A DNA stretch of 64,000 nucleotides, from NCBI GenBank assembly GCA_963847705.1, contig CAWKBC010000014.1, positions 256,001-320,000 on the forward strand, given 5' to 3'. This document shows, piece by piece, positions 47,645 to 56,788 of the stretch. Under the pieces are notes generated by a model. That model was not told the origin of the DNA and searched no databases. It saw only the letters and a program-made list of their open reading frames with translations. The position numbers and the translations under genes were made by a program. Positions within the stretch are counted from its first letter, which is position 1. Each line of letters opens with the position of its first letter. Source of the DNA: an uncultured Pseudomonadota bacterium (GTDB lineage: Bacteria; Myxococcota_A; Polyangia; Fen-1088).

Positions 47645-48279
47645 CGATCGATGAGGCAGGCTCGGTCTCCGGCTCGGCCCTGGGACGCACGCGAACGGCG
47701 GCTTTGGCGGAGCTGCGGCGCCAGCCGGTTGCCATCTCCTGGCGGAGGGACGCGGCGCGCACGCTCCTGGCCGTCCTTGGAACGACCGCGCTGGTCATCG
47801 GCGTCGGCACCTGGGTGTCGATCGTCGAGCCCGGCCGGATGGGCGAGCGGCTGCTGCAGGTGGCGCTGCTGGTCGGCCTGCAGTCTCTCGGCGTGTTCGC
47901 CGCGATCGCGCCGGGCAAGGGCGCGCTCCGCTGGACCGGGGCGCTGCTCGCCCTGGCCGCCGTCGCCGCGATTCTCATCGGGCGCGGGGCGGGCCTGCCG
48001 CGCGCCATCCCCGCGATCGCCTGCTCCGGCAGCCACCTGGCCGTCGATCTGATTCCCCTCGGGATCGTCCTCTACTCCCTCCGCCGATTCTCCTGGAGCC
48101 TCGGACGAGCGACGCTGGCTGGGGCCGCCGTGGCAGCGACCGGTGCGATCGCCGGCGAGCTCAGCTGCGCGCGCGGATGGGTGCACACCCTCATCCACCA
48201 CGTGGGCGCGGGAGTGGTGATCGTGGCAGCCTGCGTCCTCATCTCGCGGGCGATCCGCCCGCAAACCTTCGCGCCCTAG
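47641..48279 (+). CDS. membrane anti-sigma factor (CarR/NrsF, DUF1109-like)
   Basis: About 6 TM helices with the Cys/His pattern (IAC; GELSC...HTLIHH). ATGA overlap with the sigma gene. Confidence 0.8.
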   Translation: MTIDEAGSVSGSALGRTRTAALAELRRQPVAISWRRDAARTLLAVLGTTALVIGVGTWVSIVEPGRMGERLLQVALLVGLQSLGVFAAIAPGKGALRWTGALLALAAVAAILIGRGAGLPRAIPAIACSGSHLAVDLIPLGIVLYSLRRFSWSLGRATLAGAAVAATGAIAGELSCARGWVHTLIHHVGAGVVIVAACVLISRAIRPQTFAP

Positions 48280-48392
48280 TCCCTGGATCACGCTGGTGAA
48301 CGCCGTCGGTTGAGCTCCCCGACGGCAAAGAGAGAGCGGCACGCCGGCGCGACCGCGTGTGGGACCGGATCACCGGTTGCCCTCATCCACAC

Positions 48393-49199
48393 TCAAGGGC
48401 AGTAGCGCGGGGTACACGGGTACACTTCTCTCGCGAGCGTGTGCTGAAGCCACCGGCTGACGTAGCCGGCAACCTCTTCCCATCCCGGCTCGCCGCAGAT
48501 GAAGTGGCCGCGGCTTGGGAATTCCGAATACCCGACAATGCTGGTGTTATCGGTATAAGCCTTGGCGTTTTTCTCGTTGAGCTCGGGAGGAATGATTTCG
48601 TCCTTTTCCCCAGCGACGAAAAGAAGTGGCGGGTGCGGCTGATCTACGTCGATTGTTCCGGCCTCACCCATACAGTCGCGCAGCACATTGCGGCTGTCAT
48701 GGATCGCGAATCGCTGGTAGGCGGCATCAGACTCTTCCGCCGACAGGGTGTTGGCGAAGCTGGAGTGGAATCCCTCGGGCGTCATCACGAACGGGGCGTC
48801 GCGGGCGATCGGATTGGCGACGGCTGCACTGTTCTTGAAGAACCCCAAATCGACCGCCAACATACGATTGGGGGCGACCGAGTCGATGCACACGCTGGCG
48901 CGCACGAGGCCGCGGCTGGCGAGGACCTGGGCGATGAGTCCACCGACGGAGTGCCCGATCACGATCGGACTCTCTCCCAGGTCACCCACCAGAGCCGCGT
49001 ACTGCTCGATGACGGAGGCCAAGTGGAGCTCACCTAGCCCCTCCGGGATGTGCTCGCGCAGCTCCGCCGGATCGCCATCGTGAAAGGGCCAAGCGGGCGC
49101 CGTCGTGGTGTAGCCCTGCGCCCGGAAGTACCGCTGCCAACTCTCCCAGCTTCTTGGGGTTTGAAACATGCCGTGGATGAAAACAACCGTATTACTCAT
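48393..49199 (-). CDS. alpha/beta hydrolase
   Basis: FIHG, GHSVGG nucleophile elbow, GEKD and GH catalytic residues. Confidence 0.92.
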   Translation of the reverse strand: MSNTVVFIHGMFQTPRSWESWQRYFRAQGYTTTAPAWPFHDGDPAELREHIPEGLGELHLASVIEQYAALVGDLGESPIVIGHSVGGLIAQVLASRGLVRASVCIDSVAPNRMLAVDLGFFKNSAAVANPIARDAPFVMTPEGFHSSFANTLSAEESDAAYQRFAIHDSRNVLRDCMGEAGTIDVDQPHPPLLFVAGEKDEIIPPELNEKNAKAYTDNTSIVGYSEFPSRGHFICGEPGWEEVAGYVSRWLQHTLAREVYPCTPRYCP

Positions 49200-49259
49200 T
49201 CAGGGGAAGTTAAGTATTGACGCGCATTGATCCAGGCGCGACCGGCTTGGCCACCCGAG

Positions 49260-49555
49260 GTTTGCTCCAACTGCCAGCAGGTCGTCCATTTCGAGAACTC
49301 TCGGTGTAGGCGCTGCGGCCACGCGCTGGCCTATCTGGCCGACCACGCGATGCTTACCGCTTCGAACCGGTGGCCCACAACGCCGGGCTGCGGGAGGCGC
49401 TGGCGCCGGTCGCCAAGGGTGAACGGTATCGTCTGGGTGGCAACCAGATCGACCACGCCGCCTGCAACTGGGCCATCCCGGAGAGTGACAACAACCGCTT
49501 TGGCCGCGCCTGCCGCCGGAATGAGGTCATCCCGAATCTCGCCGATCCGTCCATC
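49260..49555 (+). pseudogene. N-terminal remnant of zinc-ribbon/putative Zn-binding metallopeptidase gene
   Basis: CSNCQQVVHFENSRCRRCGHALAY in one frame and ACNWAI...RACRRNEVIPNL in another. Frameshifted, Cys residues degraded, truncated. Confidence 0.75.
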
Positions 49556-49599
49556 CGATCGGGATGTGCTGCCCAGCACTTGTCGCCTGTGTTGAAGAC

Positions 49600-49618
49600 G
49601 ATTATGAGAGTCAATATC
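49600..49618. promoter_or_regulatory. Fur-box-like operator
   Basis: GATTATGAGAGTCAATATC matches 15/19 of GATAATGATAATCATTATC. It is an AT-rich island 8 bp before ATG 49627. Confidence 0.7.
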
Positions 49619-49626
49619 AGTGTCGC

Positions 49627-52080
49627 ATGGACTCGACGTTTCGCCACATCAGCGTCCGGCAAGGCGCCCTCGTGCTTTCCATCTTGCTGTCCGGGCTTCT
49701 GCCGGCGGCCTGCGGAGGCTCGAGCCCGACGACGAAGACGGCGAGCTATGCGCTCGTCGTCAGCGCGGTCGACACCACCTTCGTCACCCGCGATCACTTC
49801 ATGGCCGCCGTCGAGATGCAAATCTCCGGCGAGCCGTTCGCCCAGGCGATGGGGCGGGACCTCCGCGGCTACAGCCGTGACTTCGTCTGTCAGTCCGCCC
49901 TCTGCCAAGCCAGCATCTACTTCGATCCCGCTCTCAACGGCGGCACTGCCGGCGGGCCTTCCGGGCGGTTCGATCTGCCTGGTTTCGCGAGCGCGGTCGA
50001 ATCGTACGAGTACTCCAAACAGCCGATGAACGACGTTGCCTTCGAGTCGGGCGCCGGCACCTCGCTGGCCTTCGGCCCGGTGCTGAACCCGACGGGCGTC
50101 ACAGGGACCGACGCGCTGGCCCTGCTGCGCGGATGGGTCCAGCGGATGGCCGTCGAGGCCAACACGGTGAGCCGGTTCGTGACCGACCAGACGACCGACG
50201 CCAAGGGGGCAAACCCACTCGGCTGGCCAGGGCTGTGGCCCACGCTGCAGCCGTACGCCAAGTGGGATCCGACCATCGCTGCCAGCAATGCCTCGACGGG
50301 CTGCTCGATCAGCTCCGACGACGATCCCGGCGCCTCGGGCTCGCTGCTGTGCGACGACTACGAGTGCGACTACGCGACCCTGCACCTGCCGAACCGCAGC
50401 GCGCAGATCCAGTCGATGACGATCGACCCCGGATCGTCGGGCTGGGCCGGCTGGAAGGAGGCGCTCTGGACGCTCAACTATCTTCAGGTGATGCACGACA
50501 GCCAGGAGAACCCCATCGACACGGTCCCCGCCGCCCAGCTGGCCGACGTCGGCACGTCCGGCAATACGATCCTCGGCACGGGCGACGGGGGCGGCCCGGC
50601 CCTGCCCGGGACGTTCCTCGGCTCGAGCGACATCGAAGGATTCCAGGCCGGCAACTTCTTCCAGATCCTCGACAACCAGGCCCAGCAGTGGTTGACGCAG
50701 CTGACGACCACCGACGCCAAGACGCTCTCGGGCTTCGCCAGCTTGAGCGAGGCGCTCGGGTACGACACCACCGTGCCGCTGCGCTGGTTCCCGGGATCGA
50801 TCGCAGTGACCGAGGGAAGCGACCCGAGCGGCTTCCCCATCCCGACCGGCTACACGATCGCCTCGCCCGACAGCCACCTGCTCGATCTGGCGGGCCTGTT
50901 GGGCGCCTTCTCCAGCGTCTACGCGCTCACCGATCAATCGAACCCCGACGCGGGTGGCAGCATGCCGGCACTTGGCTACTTCGACGGCGATCCGTTCCCG
51001 GTGCAAAACCAGACCCCCACTGGCGCGGCGACTCTGCACGACCGAGCCCTGGCGATGATGAAGGTGCTGGTGGCGAACATCGACCGCCTGCATGTCGACC
51101 CGGCGGGCGGGCTGTTTGTCGACGATGTCGCGCTGGCCGGCGCGACGCCCGTGCGCGGCTCGACGCTGTCCACCGACGTCGCGGCCTATGCGCTCCTGGC
51201 GCTCCGCACCGCGCGGCGCAGCCTCGACTCGGTGCTCACCCTCTACAGCAACACCAAACCGGACGCCAAGGGGATTCCCTCTCCGCTCGACGCGTTCGGG
51301 ACACTCGACGGGATGCCCTACGGCGCGCGGCTTGATCAGCTGATTGGCCAGCTCGCCCAGGTTTTCCTCGGCCAGCTCACCACCGACGCAGGGATGGCCT
51401 ACGCCGGCTGGGATCTCGGCAAGAAGACCCCGACGGACGGCGGCTCCAGCCTCGACGCCCACACCGCCGCGATCCGCGGGCTCCTGGTCGCCTACCTGGC
51501 CACCGGCGACACGCAGTACCGCGAGCGTGCCCAGAGTGTGTTTTTGCGGCTCGAGAGCGCCTTCTACGATCCAACCGCCCAGATCTACCGCACCACCGCG
51601 GGTGATAGGTCGTTGCAGGTGATCTTCACGCCGCGCCGCTTCGGCCTTTTGCAGGGCGCGCTCCGCGACACCTTCGAGCTCATCGCCCTGCTCCCCGGCA
51701 ACGATGCCATGCAGAGCCTGATCGAGGATCGCGTTGCGCGCCTCGACAAGCTGGTCCTGAACGGATGGGACGATCGCGACCAGGATTCGAACGTCGAGTG
51801 GCCGAGCGAGTGCGCCCACCTCGGCACCGGCCCCGACGGGATGCCGATGGGGCTCGGCGGCCTGCAGATGGCCGAGCGGGTGCTGTCCGGCGAGTCTGGC
51901 TCGCTGGCCGACACGGCGCCGACCGCGGCAGCGCCGCGGACGATCACCACTGACCGGGAGCACGATTGCGTCCCCGAGATCTCGGCGGCCAAGCTCCCCG
52001 CCGCCCTGGCCAATTCGGTGACCTTCACGCTGACGCCCTGGTCGCTCGACACCGACGAGCTCAAGGTGTTGCAGCCATGA
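49627..52080 (+). CDS. large uncharacterised lipoprotein
   Basis: Lipobox PAAC, 817 aa with GC3-biased codons. C-terminal segment AIRGLLVAYLATGDTQYRERA resembles an (alpha/alpha)-barrel helix hairpin. Confidence 0.85.
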   Translation: MDSTFRHISVRQGALVLSILLSGLLPAACGGSSPTTKTASYALVVSAVDTTFVTRDHFMAAVEMQISGEPFAQAMGRDLRGYSRDFVCQSALCQASIYFDPALNGGTAGGPSGRFDLPGFASAVESYEYSKQPMNDVAFESGAGTSLAFGPVLNPTGVTGTDALALLRGWVQRMAVEANTVSRFVTDQTTDAKGANPLGWPGLWPTLQPYAKWDPTIAASNASTGCSISSDDDPGASGSLLCDDYECDYATLHLPNRSAQIQSMTIDPGSSGWAGWKEALWTLNYLQVMHDSQENPIDTVPAAQLADVGTSGNTILGTGDGGGPALPGTFLGSSDIEGFQAGNFFQILDNQAQQWLTQLTTTDAKTLSGFASLSEALGYDTTVPLRWFPGSIAVTEGSDPSGFPIPTGYTIASPDSHLLDLAGLLGAFSSVYALTDQSNPDAGGSMPALGYFDGDPFPVQNQTPTGAATLHDRALAMMKVLVANIDRLHVDPAGGLFVDDVALAGATPVRGSTLSTDVAAYALLALRTARRSLDSVLTLYSNTKPDAKGIPSPLDAFGTLDGMPYGARLDQLIGQLAQVFLGQLTTDAGMAYAGWDLGKKTPTDGGSSLDAHTAAIRGLLVAYLATGDTQYRERAQSVFLRLESAFYDPTAQIYRTTAGDRSLQVIFTPRRFGLLQGALRDTFELIALLPGNDAMQSLIEDRVARLDKLVLNGWDDRDQDSNVEWPSECAHLGTGPDGMPMGLGGLQMAERVLSGESGSLADTAPTAAAPRTITTDREHDCVPEISAAKLPAALANSVTFTLTPWSLDTDELKVLQP

Positions 52081-54101
52081 CGTACGCGCGGGGGATCGGT
52101 CCTCCCGCTTTCGCCATCGCGTTGGTGCTCTCCGCCTGCGGCGGGGACGACCACGGAACGGCGGCGACGGCGGCGACCGCGATCCCATCGCACTCCGCGC
52201 CGCTTGCGGTGAGCCCCGACGGCCACCGTCTCTACGTGGTCCATCCGGACGCCGACAGTGTGACGATCCTCGACGCCAGCAAGCGGACCATCGTGCAAGA
52301 GATTCTTCTCGGGACGGCTCACCCCGCGCCGGACCCCACGACCGGCCGCTACGATCCCGCCGTCGGGCCCCGCGCGCTGGCGCTCGACGGGACGGGGGCC
52401 AACCTCTATGTGACGGGCCAGCGCTCGGGGCTCGTCTACGCCATCGACACCGCCAAAGGAACCGTTCGGGCCAGCATGGCCGTTGGTGCCGAGCCGATCG
52501 GTGTCGTGGTGAGCGGCGACGGCACGCACGTCTTCGTCGCCTGCGCGCAGGACGACCAGGTCGTCGCGCTCGACGCCGTCTCGCTGTCGACCCTCAGCAC
52601 CGTGGCCACGCCCCGCAAGCCGTGGGGGCTCGCCTTCGCGGCCGACGGGCAGACGTTGCTGGCCACGCACCTGCTCGGCCCAGGGGTGAGCGCGCTCTCG
52701 ACCAATCCGCTGGCGCTGACCGCGACCTGGGAGGTCCCGGACGGCCCCGCCGGGAGCGATCCGACCGCGGCGCACGGCCAGGTGCGCGGCATCTACGACG
52801 TCGTCCCCCGCCCCGGCACCGGCGAGCTTTGGGTCGCGCACCTGATGCTCGGCACCGACACCCCACAACCGACGCTCGCCTTCAACATGACCGTGTTCCC
52901 GGCGCTCTCGATCCTCGACGCCGCCTCGGGCGCGCAGACGGCGCGCCTGTCGGTTTCGGACACCGACAGCGCTCCGGACGACACCGGCGCCTTCGGCGAC
53001 GTCACCTCGGGCCCGCGCGCGCTCGCCTTCAGCGACGACGGCAGGTACGCCTTCGTCGCCGACGCTGACAGCGAGGACCTGATGGTGGTCGACGCCACCA
53101 ACAGGATCGAGGCCCAGCTGGTGCGCCCACTCCCCGGCCACCTGCCGGAGGGCGTGGTCTTCCACGACAGCGAGATCTACGTGCAGGAGCGCAACAGCGA
53201 GGACATCGCGGCATTCAAGGTGAACGAGACCGCGACCGGGCTGTCCGTGGCCCCCGACGGCGTCGCCTTCGCCAGCCTGGCCAGCGATCCGATGCCAGCC
53301 AACTTGCGCCTCGGCCAGAAGCTCTTCTACTCGGCCAACAGCGACGATCTGCCGATCACCCAGAACCACTGGGTCGCCTGCGCCAGCTGCCACGTCGAAG
53401 GGCGCAGCGACGCCGTCACCTGGCGATTCACGCAGGGACCGCGCGACACGCCAACCAACGCGGGCGGCTTGCTGGACACCGGGTTTCTTTTCCGCACCGC
53501 CGATCGCACCCAGGTGCAGGACTACTGGAAGACGATCGACATCGAGCATGGGGGCGCATTCGACATCCACAACTCGGCGCAGGTGCCGCTGCTCGACGCG
53601 CTGGCCGACTTCGTCAACCACGCGATCCCCACGCCCGTTCCGCCGACGACCGATCCCAGCCTGGTCGCGCGCGGTGCGATCGTCTTCGATCAGACCGGCT
53701 GCGGGGCGTGTCACGCGGGACCCGCGCGGACCGACTCGGGGATGGGAAACACGGCGCTGGCGCTGGGCCAGGCGACCGCGGCGCTGGCGGGCCCCATCGT
53801 CTCGACGGCCACCTCGGGCGGCGTGCTGCTCCACGACGTCGGGACCTGTGTGATCGGAGGCCCCTGGCCTGACGTCGTGCACGACGACATCGACGGCGAT
53901 GCGCGTCCCGCCTGCGCATTCGATACCCCGCAGCTGCGCGGGCTGGTCGACTCGGCGCCCTACCTGCACGACGGCAGCGCGGCGACGCTGGCCGACGTCC
54001 TGCCGGTGATGGTGCAAGCGACGGTCCCTGCGGGCACACCGGCCCCCACTCTCGGCGCCGACGACCAGCAGGCGCTGCTCGAGTTCCTGCGCAGCCTGTG
54101 A
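52077..54101 (+). CDS. lipoprotein: YncE/YVTN beta-propeller fused to di-heme cytochrome c peroxidase/MauG-family domain
   Basis: Lipobox LSAC, propeller repeats (AVSPDG..LYV), two CXXCH motifs (CASCH, CGACH), FDTPQLRGL..SAPYLHDGS. ATGA overlap with the upstream gene. Confidence 0.9.
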   Translation: MTYARGIGPPAFAIALVLSACGGDDHGTAATAATAIPSHSAPLAVSPDGHRLYVVHPDADSVTILDASKRTIVQEILLGTAHPAPDPTTGRYDPAVGPRALALDGTGANLYVTGQRSGLVYAIDTAKGTVRASMAVGAEPIGVVVSGDGTHVFVACAQDDQVVALDAVSLSTLSTVATPRKPWGLAFAADGQTLLATHLLGPGVSALSTNPLALTATWEVPDGPAGSDPTAAHGQVRGIYDVVPRPGTGELWVAHLMLGTDTPQPTLAFNMTVFPALSILDAASGAQTARLSVSDTDSAPDDTGAFGDVTSGPRALAFSDDGRYAFVADADSEDLMVVDATNRIEAQLVRPLPGHLPEGVVFHDSEIYVQERNSEDIAAFKVNETATGLSVAPDGVAFASLASDPMPANLRLGQKLFYSANSDDLPITQNHWVACASCHVEGRSDAVTWRFTQGPRDTPTNAGGLLDTGFLFRTADRTQVQDYWKTIDIEHGGAFDIHNSAQVPLLDALADFVNHAIPTPVPPTTDPSLVARGAIVFDQTGCGACHAGPARTDSGMGNTALALGQATAALAGPIVSTATSGGVLLHDVGTCVIGGPWPDVVHDDIDGDARPACAFDTPQLRGLVDSAPYLHDGSAATLADVLPVMVQATVPAGTPAPTLGADDQQALLEFLRSL

Positions 54102-54197
54102 GCGCCCCTGGGCCAACCGCCTCGCCCGTCCTCATGACGACCAACCAACTTCATCGCGATCGCACGTTGCCTTCGTCGCCTGGAGCCTTCTCCCTGG

Positions 54198-55571
54198 TCA
54201 CCTCGGCGACTCGCGCGCATGATTGCTGCCGCAACGGCGGATGGCGGGACTGTGGTGCTGGCGGCCGTCCGCGCCGAGCACGTGGGTGCCCTCGCCCCAG
54301 TAGTCAGTGGTGGTCGTTGGGCCGATGCTGGCGACGTAGCCGTCCGGACGAACGAGAATGCATTGCCCTTCACGAGCAATGAACACGGTCGCCTGTGGAC
54401 CGCGCAGATGATCGAAGAGCCGCGTCCCGTCGGCGAGCCGCTGGTCAGGCATTCGATCACCTGGATGGAGATCGCCGAGCGCGGCTCCCGACGACAAGGG
54501 GCTGGCCCGATAGTGCAAGGAGAGCTGGTTCGTGGCATCGCCGCGGCGAAGCGAACGCGTCTCGTGCAGCCGCTTGCTCAGGCCCAGGACGGCGGCGGCG
54601 ACTGGACGGCGCTCTGCTTCATAGGTGTCGAGCAGAGCGTCGGGAGCGCCGCGGCTGACGAGCGCCAGCTTCCAGCCGAGGTTGTACGCATCTTGGACTC
54701 CCGTATTCAGCCCCTGACCACCATCCGGCGGGTGGACATGCGCGGCATCGCCCGCCAGGAAGATACGTCCCCGGCGATAGCGTTCGACCATGCGGGTCTG
54801 CGGTCGATAGATTGAGCACCACGCCACCCGGACGACCCGAGAGCCGGTCGCCTCCTGCACCGCGCGCTCCATGCCTCGCGCCAGCGCCGTCGCCGGGGCG
54901 GTGAGCTGGAAGAGCCTCGTCGCCGGCAAAGGACAGAGCCCCATCACGCCCCCCTTGGCCAGGGGCCAGAGATGCCAGGCGTGGCGATCGAGAGCTTCGA
55001 TCTCGACGTCCGCCACGAGGCTCTCCTTGGACGCCAGGCTCTCGCCGATCAAACGCTCTCCGATCGCCTGGCGCACGAAGCTGTGGCCGCCGTCGCAACC
55101 GATGAGATAGTCGGCCCGGATCGTCTCCCCGGTGGACAAGGTCGCATCCACGCCGCCCTCGTCCTGGCGGAGCCCTGTCAGCGCGTGGCCGAACGTTACG
55201 CTCCCGCCCAGCTGGCGGAGGCGCTCGCGGAGGATCCCTTCGGTGCGATTCTGCGGCACCATCCAGACGTTCGGATAGGGGACCGCCTCGGTGGCGACGC
55301 GCTTGCTCCCCAGCGATCCCGCGCGCAGCGAGAACGGTCCGAAGTGCGTCCGGAACTTCGGGTAAGGAGCGCCAGCTCGCAGGAGCTCCTCGATGACGCC
55401 GAGGTCCTCGAAGACCTCGAGCGTCCGCGGTTGCAGCCCCTTTCCGCGCGAGCCCTCGAAGGGGGAAGGCGCGGCGTCGACCAGCCGGAGCGCGACGCCT
55501 CTCCGCGCGAGGTCGCAGGCCAGCGTCAACCCGGTCGGCCCGGCGCCGGCAATGAGAACGGTGCATTGCAT
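54198..55571 (-). CDS. FAD-dependent monooxygenase (PheA/TfdB-like)
   Basis: GAGPTG, GCDGGHS.VR, LAGDAAHVH...GGQGLNTG.QDA.NLGWKL and LVRPDG. Confidence 0.93.
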   Translation of the reverse strand: MQCTVLIAGAGPTGLTLACDLARRGVALRLVDAAPSPFEGSRGKGLQPRTLEVFEDLGVIEELLRAGAPYPKFRTHFGPFSLRAGSLGSKRVATEAVPYPNVWMVPQNRTEGILRERLRQLGGSVTFGHALTGLRQDEGGVDATLSTGETIRADYLIGCDGGHSFVRQAIGERLIGESLASKESLVADVEIEALDRHAWHLWPLAKGGVMGLCPLPATRLFQLTAPATALARGMERAVQEATGSRVVRVAWCSIYRPQTRMVERYRRGRIFLAGDAAHVHPPDGGQGLNTGVQDAYNLGWKLALVSRGAPDALLDTYEAERRPVAAAVLGLSKRLHETRSLRRGDATNQLSLHYRASPLSSGAALGDLHPGDRMPDQRLADGTRLFDHLRGPQATVFIAREGQCILVRPDGYVASIGPTTTTDYWGEGTHVLGADGRQHHSPAIRRCGSNHARESPR

Positions 55572-55578
55572 GTCTTTG

Positions 55579-55619
55579 TCGTACATCGTACGAAGCGATC
55601 CTGGTGGTACGGTGTACGA
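55579..55619. promoter_or_regulatory. paired TetR-type operators
   Basis: Perfect palindrome TCGTAC-N3-GTACGA (55579-55593) and near copy TGGTAC-N3-GTACGA (55605-55619) in the 48-bp divergent gap. Confidence 0.75.
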
Positions 55620-56276
55620 ATGTCAACCCGGAAGCGACCGGTCTCCCTCTGGCTACGGGCGGAGCCCGCAAGCCGTGAGCCCCGCCTGAGCCGCGCCAAG
55701 ATCGCCGCAGCCGCGCTGGCCATCGCCGACGCAAAGGGCATCGAGGCGGTCTCGATGCGCCGCATCGCCGCTGACCTCGGTGCGGGGACGATGAGCATCT
55801 ACCACTACGTCAAGACCAAGGACGAGCTCATCGCGCTGATGGACGACGCTCTCCTGGCCGAGACGCTGGTGCGGTCTCTTCCCAGGGATTGGCGCCGCGC
55901 GCTCCTCGAGATCGCCCGTCGCACCCATGCGGTCTTCGTGCGGCACCCGTGGGCGTTGATCGCCATGCGCGGCACGCCGCCCGGGCCGAACGCCATGCGC
56001 CACTTCGAGCAGTGCCTGGAGGCGCTGGCCTCGACGAGGATGACCCCGAGACAGAAGCTCACGCTGTTGGCGACGATCGATGACTTCGTCTTCGGGTACA
56101 CGCTCCGCGCTCCGGAGGCCCGGGTAGAGATCGACCGTGAGTTCGCCGAGGCGCAGCTCGCCACAGGCGAGTTTCCCCGGCTGGCCGAGATGTTTGGAGC
56201 GGGTCGAGTCGAGGCCGGCGAGGACCGGTTCGAGCGCGGTCTGCGCGCGCTCCTCGACGCAGCGCGGACACCCTAG
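55620..56276 (+). CDS. TetR/AcrR family regulator
   Basis: LSRAKIAAAALAIAD..GIEAVSMRRIA..LGAGTMSIYHYVKTKDEL HTH. Confidence 0.93.
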   Translation: MSTRKRPVSLWLRAEPASREPRLSRAKIAAAALAIADAKGIEAVSMRRIAADLGAGTMSIYHYVKTKDELIALMDDALLAETLVRSLPRDWRRALLEIARRTHAVFVRHPWALIAMRGTPPGPNAMRHFEQCLEALASTRMTPRQKLTLLATIDDFVFGYTLRAPEARVEIDREFAEAQLATGEFPRLAEMFGAGRVEAGEDRFERGLRALLDAARTP

Positions 56277-56454
56277 TTGTGGAGGCTCTGGACGTTGTTC
56301 ACTAGAACGTTTCGTACGCAGTCGTCCAATCCCTGAGGAGGTCAGTGGTCTGGGTCGTGGTATGGATATCCGTCGACCTTCGCCTCTCGGCGAACGCCAC
56401 CCCGGGCAAGTGGAAGCTGTCCGATCGGGGTCACGTCCGCCGTTGGCCGCGAGG

Positions 56455-56625
56455 ACGGGATCCGGGATGGCGGGTTGTGCGGCCGAACCGAGCAGGCCGA
56501 GAGCCCGCGCGGCGGCTTCACAAATCTCTTCGTCGCGGGTTTCCGTAAGCAGACGGCGCAAGCTGGGCACAGCCGCCGCGCTCCCAACCTGCGCCACTCG
56601 AGCGGCAGCCAGGGCAACGGTGATA
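56455..56625 (-). pseudogene. possible HEAT-repeat gene fragment
   Basis: AAAVPSLRRLL...DEEICEAAARALGLLGSAAQPAIPD resembles HEAT_2 repeats. No coherent start or stop. Confidence 0.45.
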
Positions 56626-56788
56626 GAGGAATGTCTGCGACAGTGTACTCCGCGACGGCGGCGCCCGCTCAGAAGTCGACCTCCCGTAGATTGAACCTTC
56701 GGCTTCCACCGGTCCTGCTCGCGTCTGGCGGCGCGCCGCCCATGCCGCTTCCCTAGGCCTGGAAGCTGTTCGATAGACCAATATCGTC

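Noticed and set aside
49354-54116. Very long antisense ORFs (944 aa, 843 aa) and many similar shadow ORFs across the window
   Set aside because: They are expected from high GC and codon bias opposite real genes. The translations are Arg/Gly/Ala-rich with no motifs.
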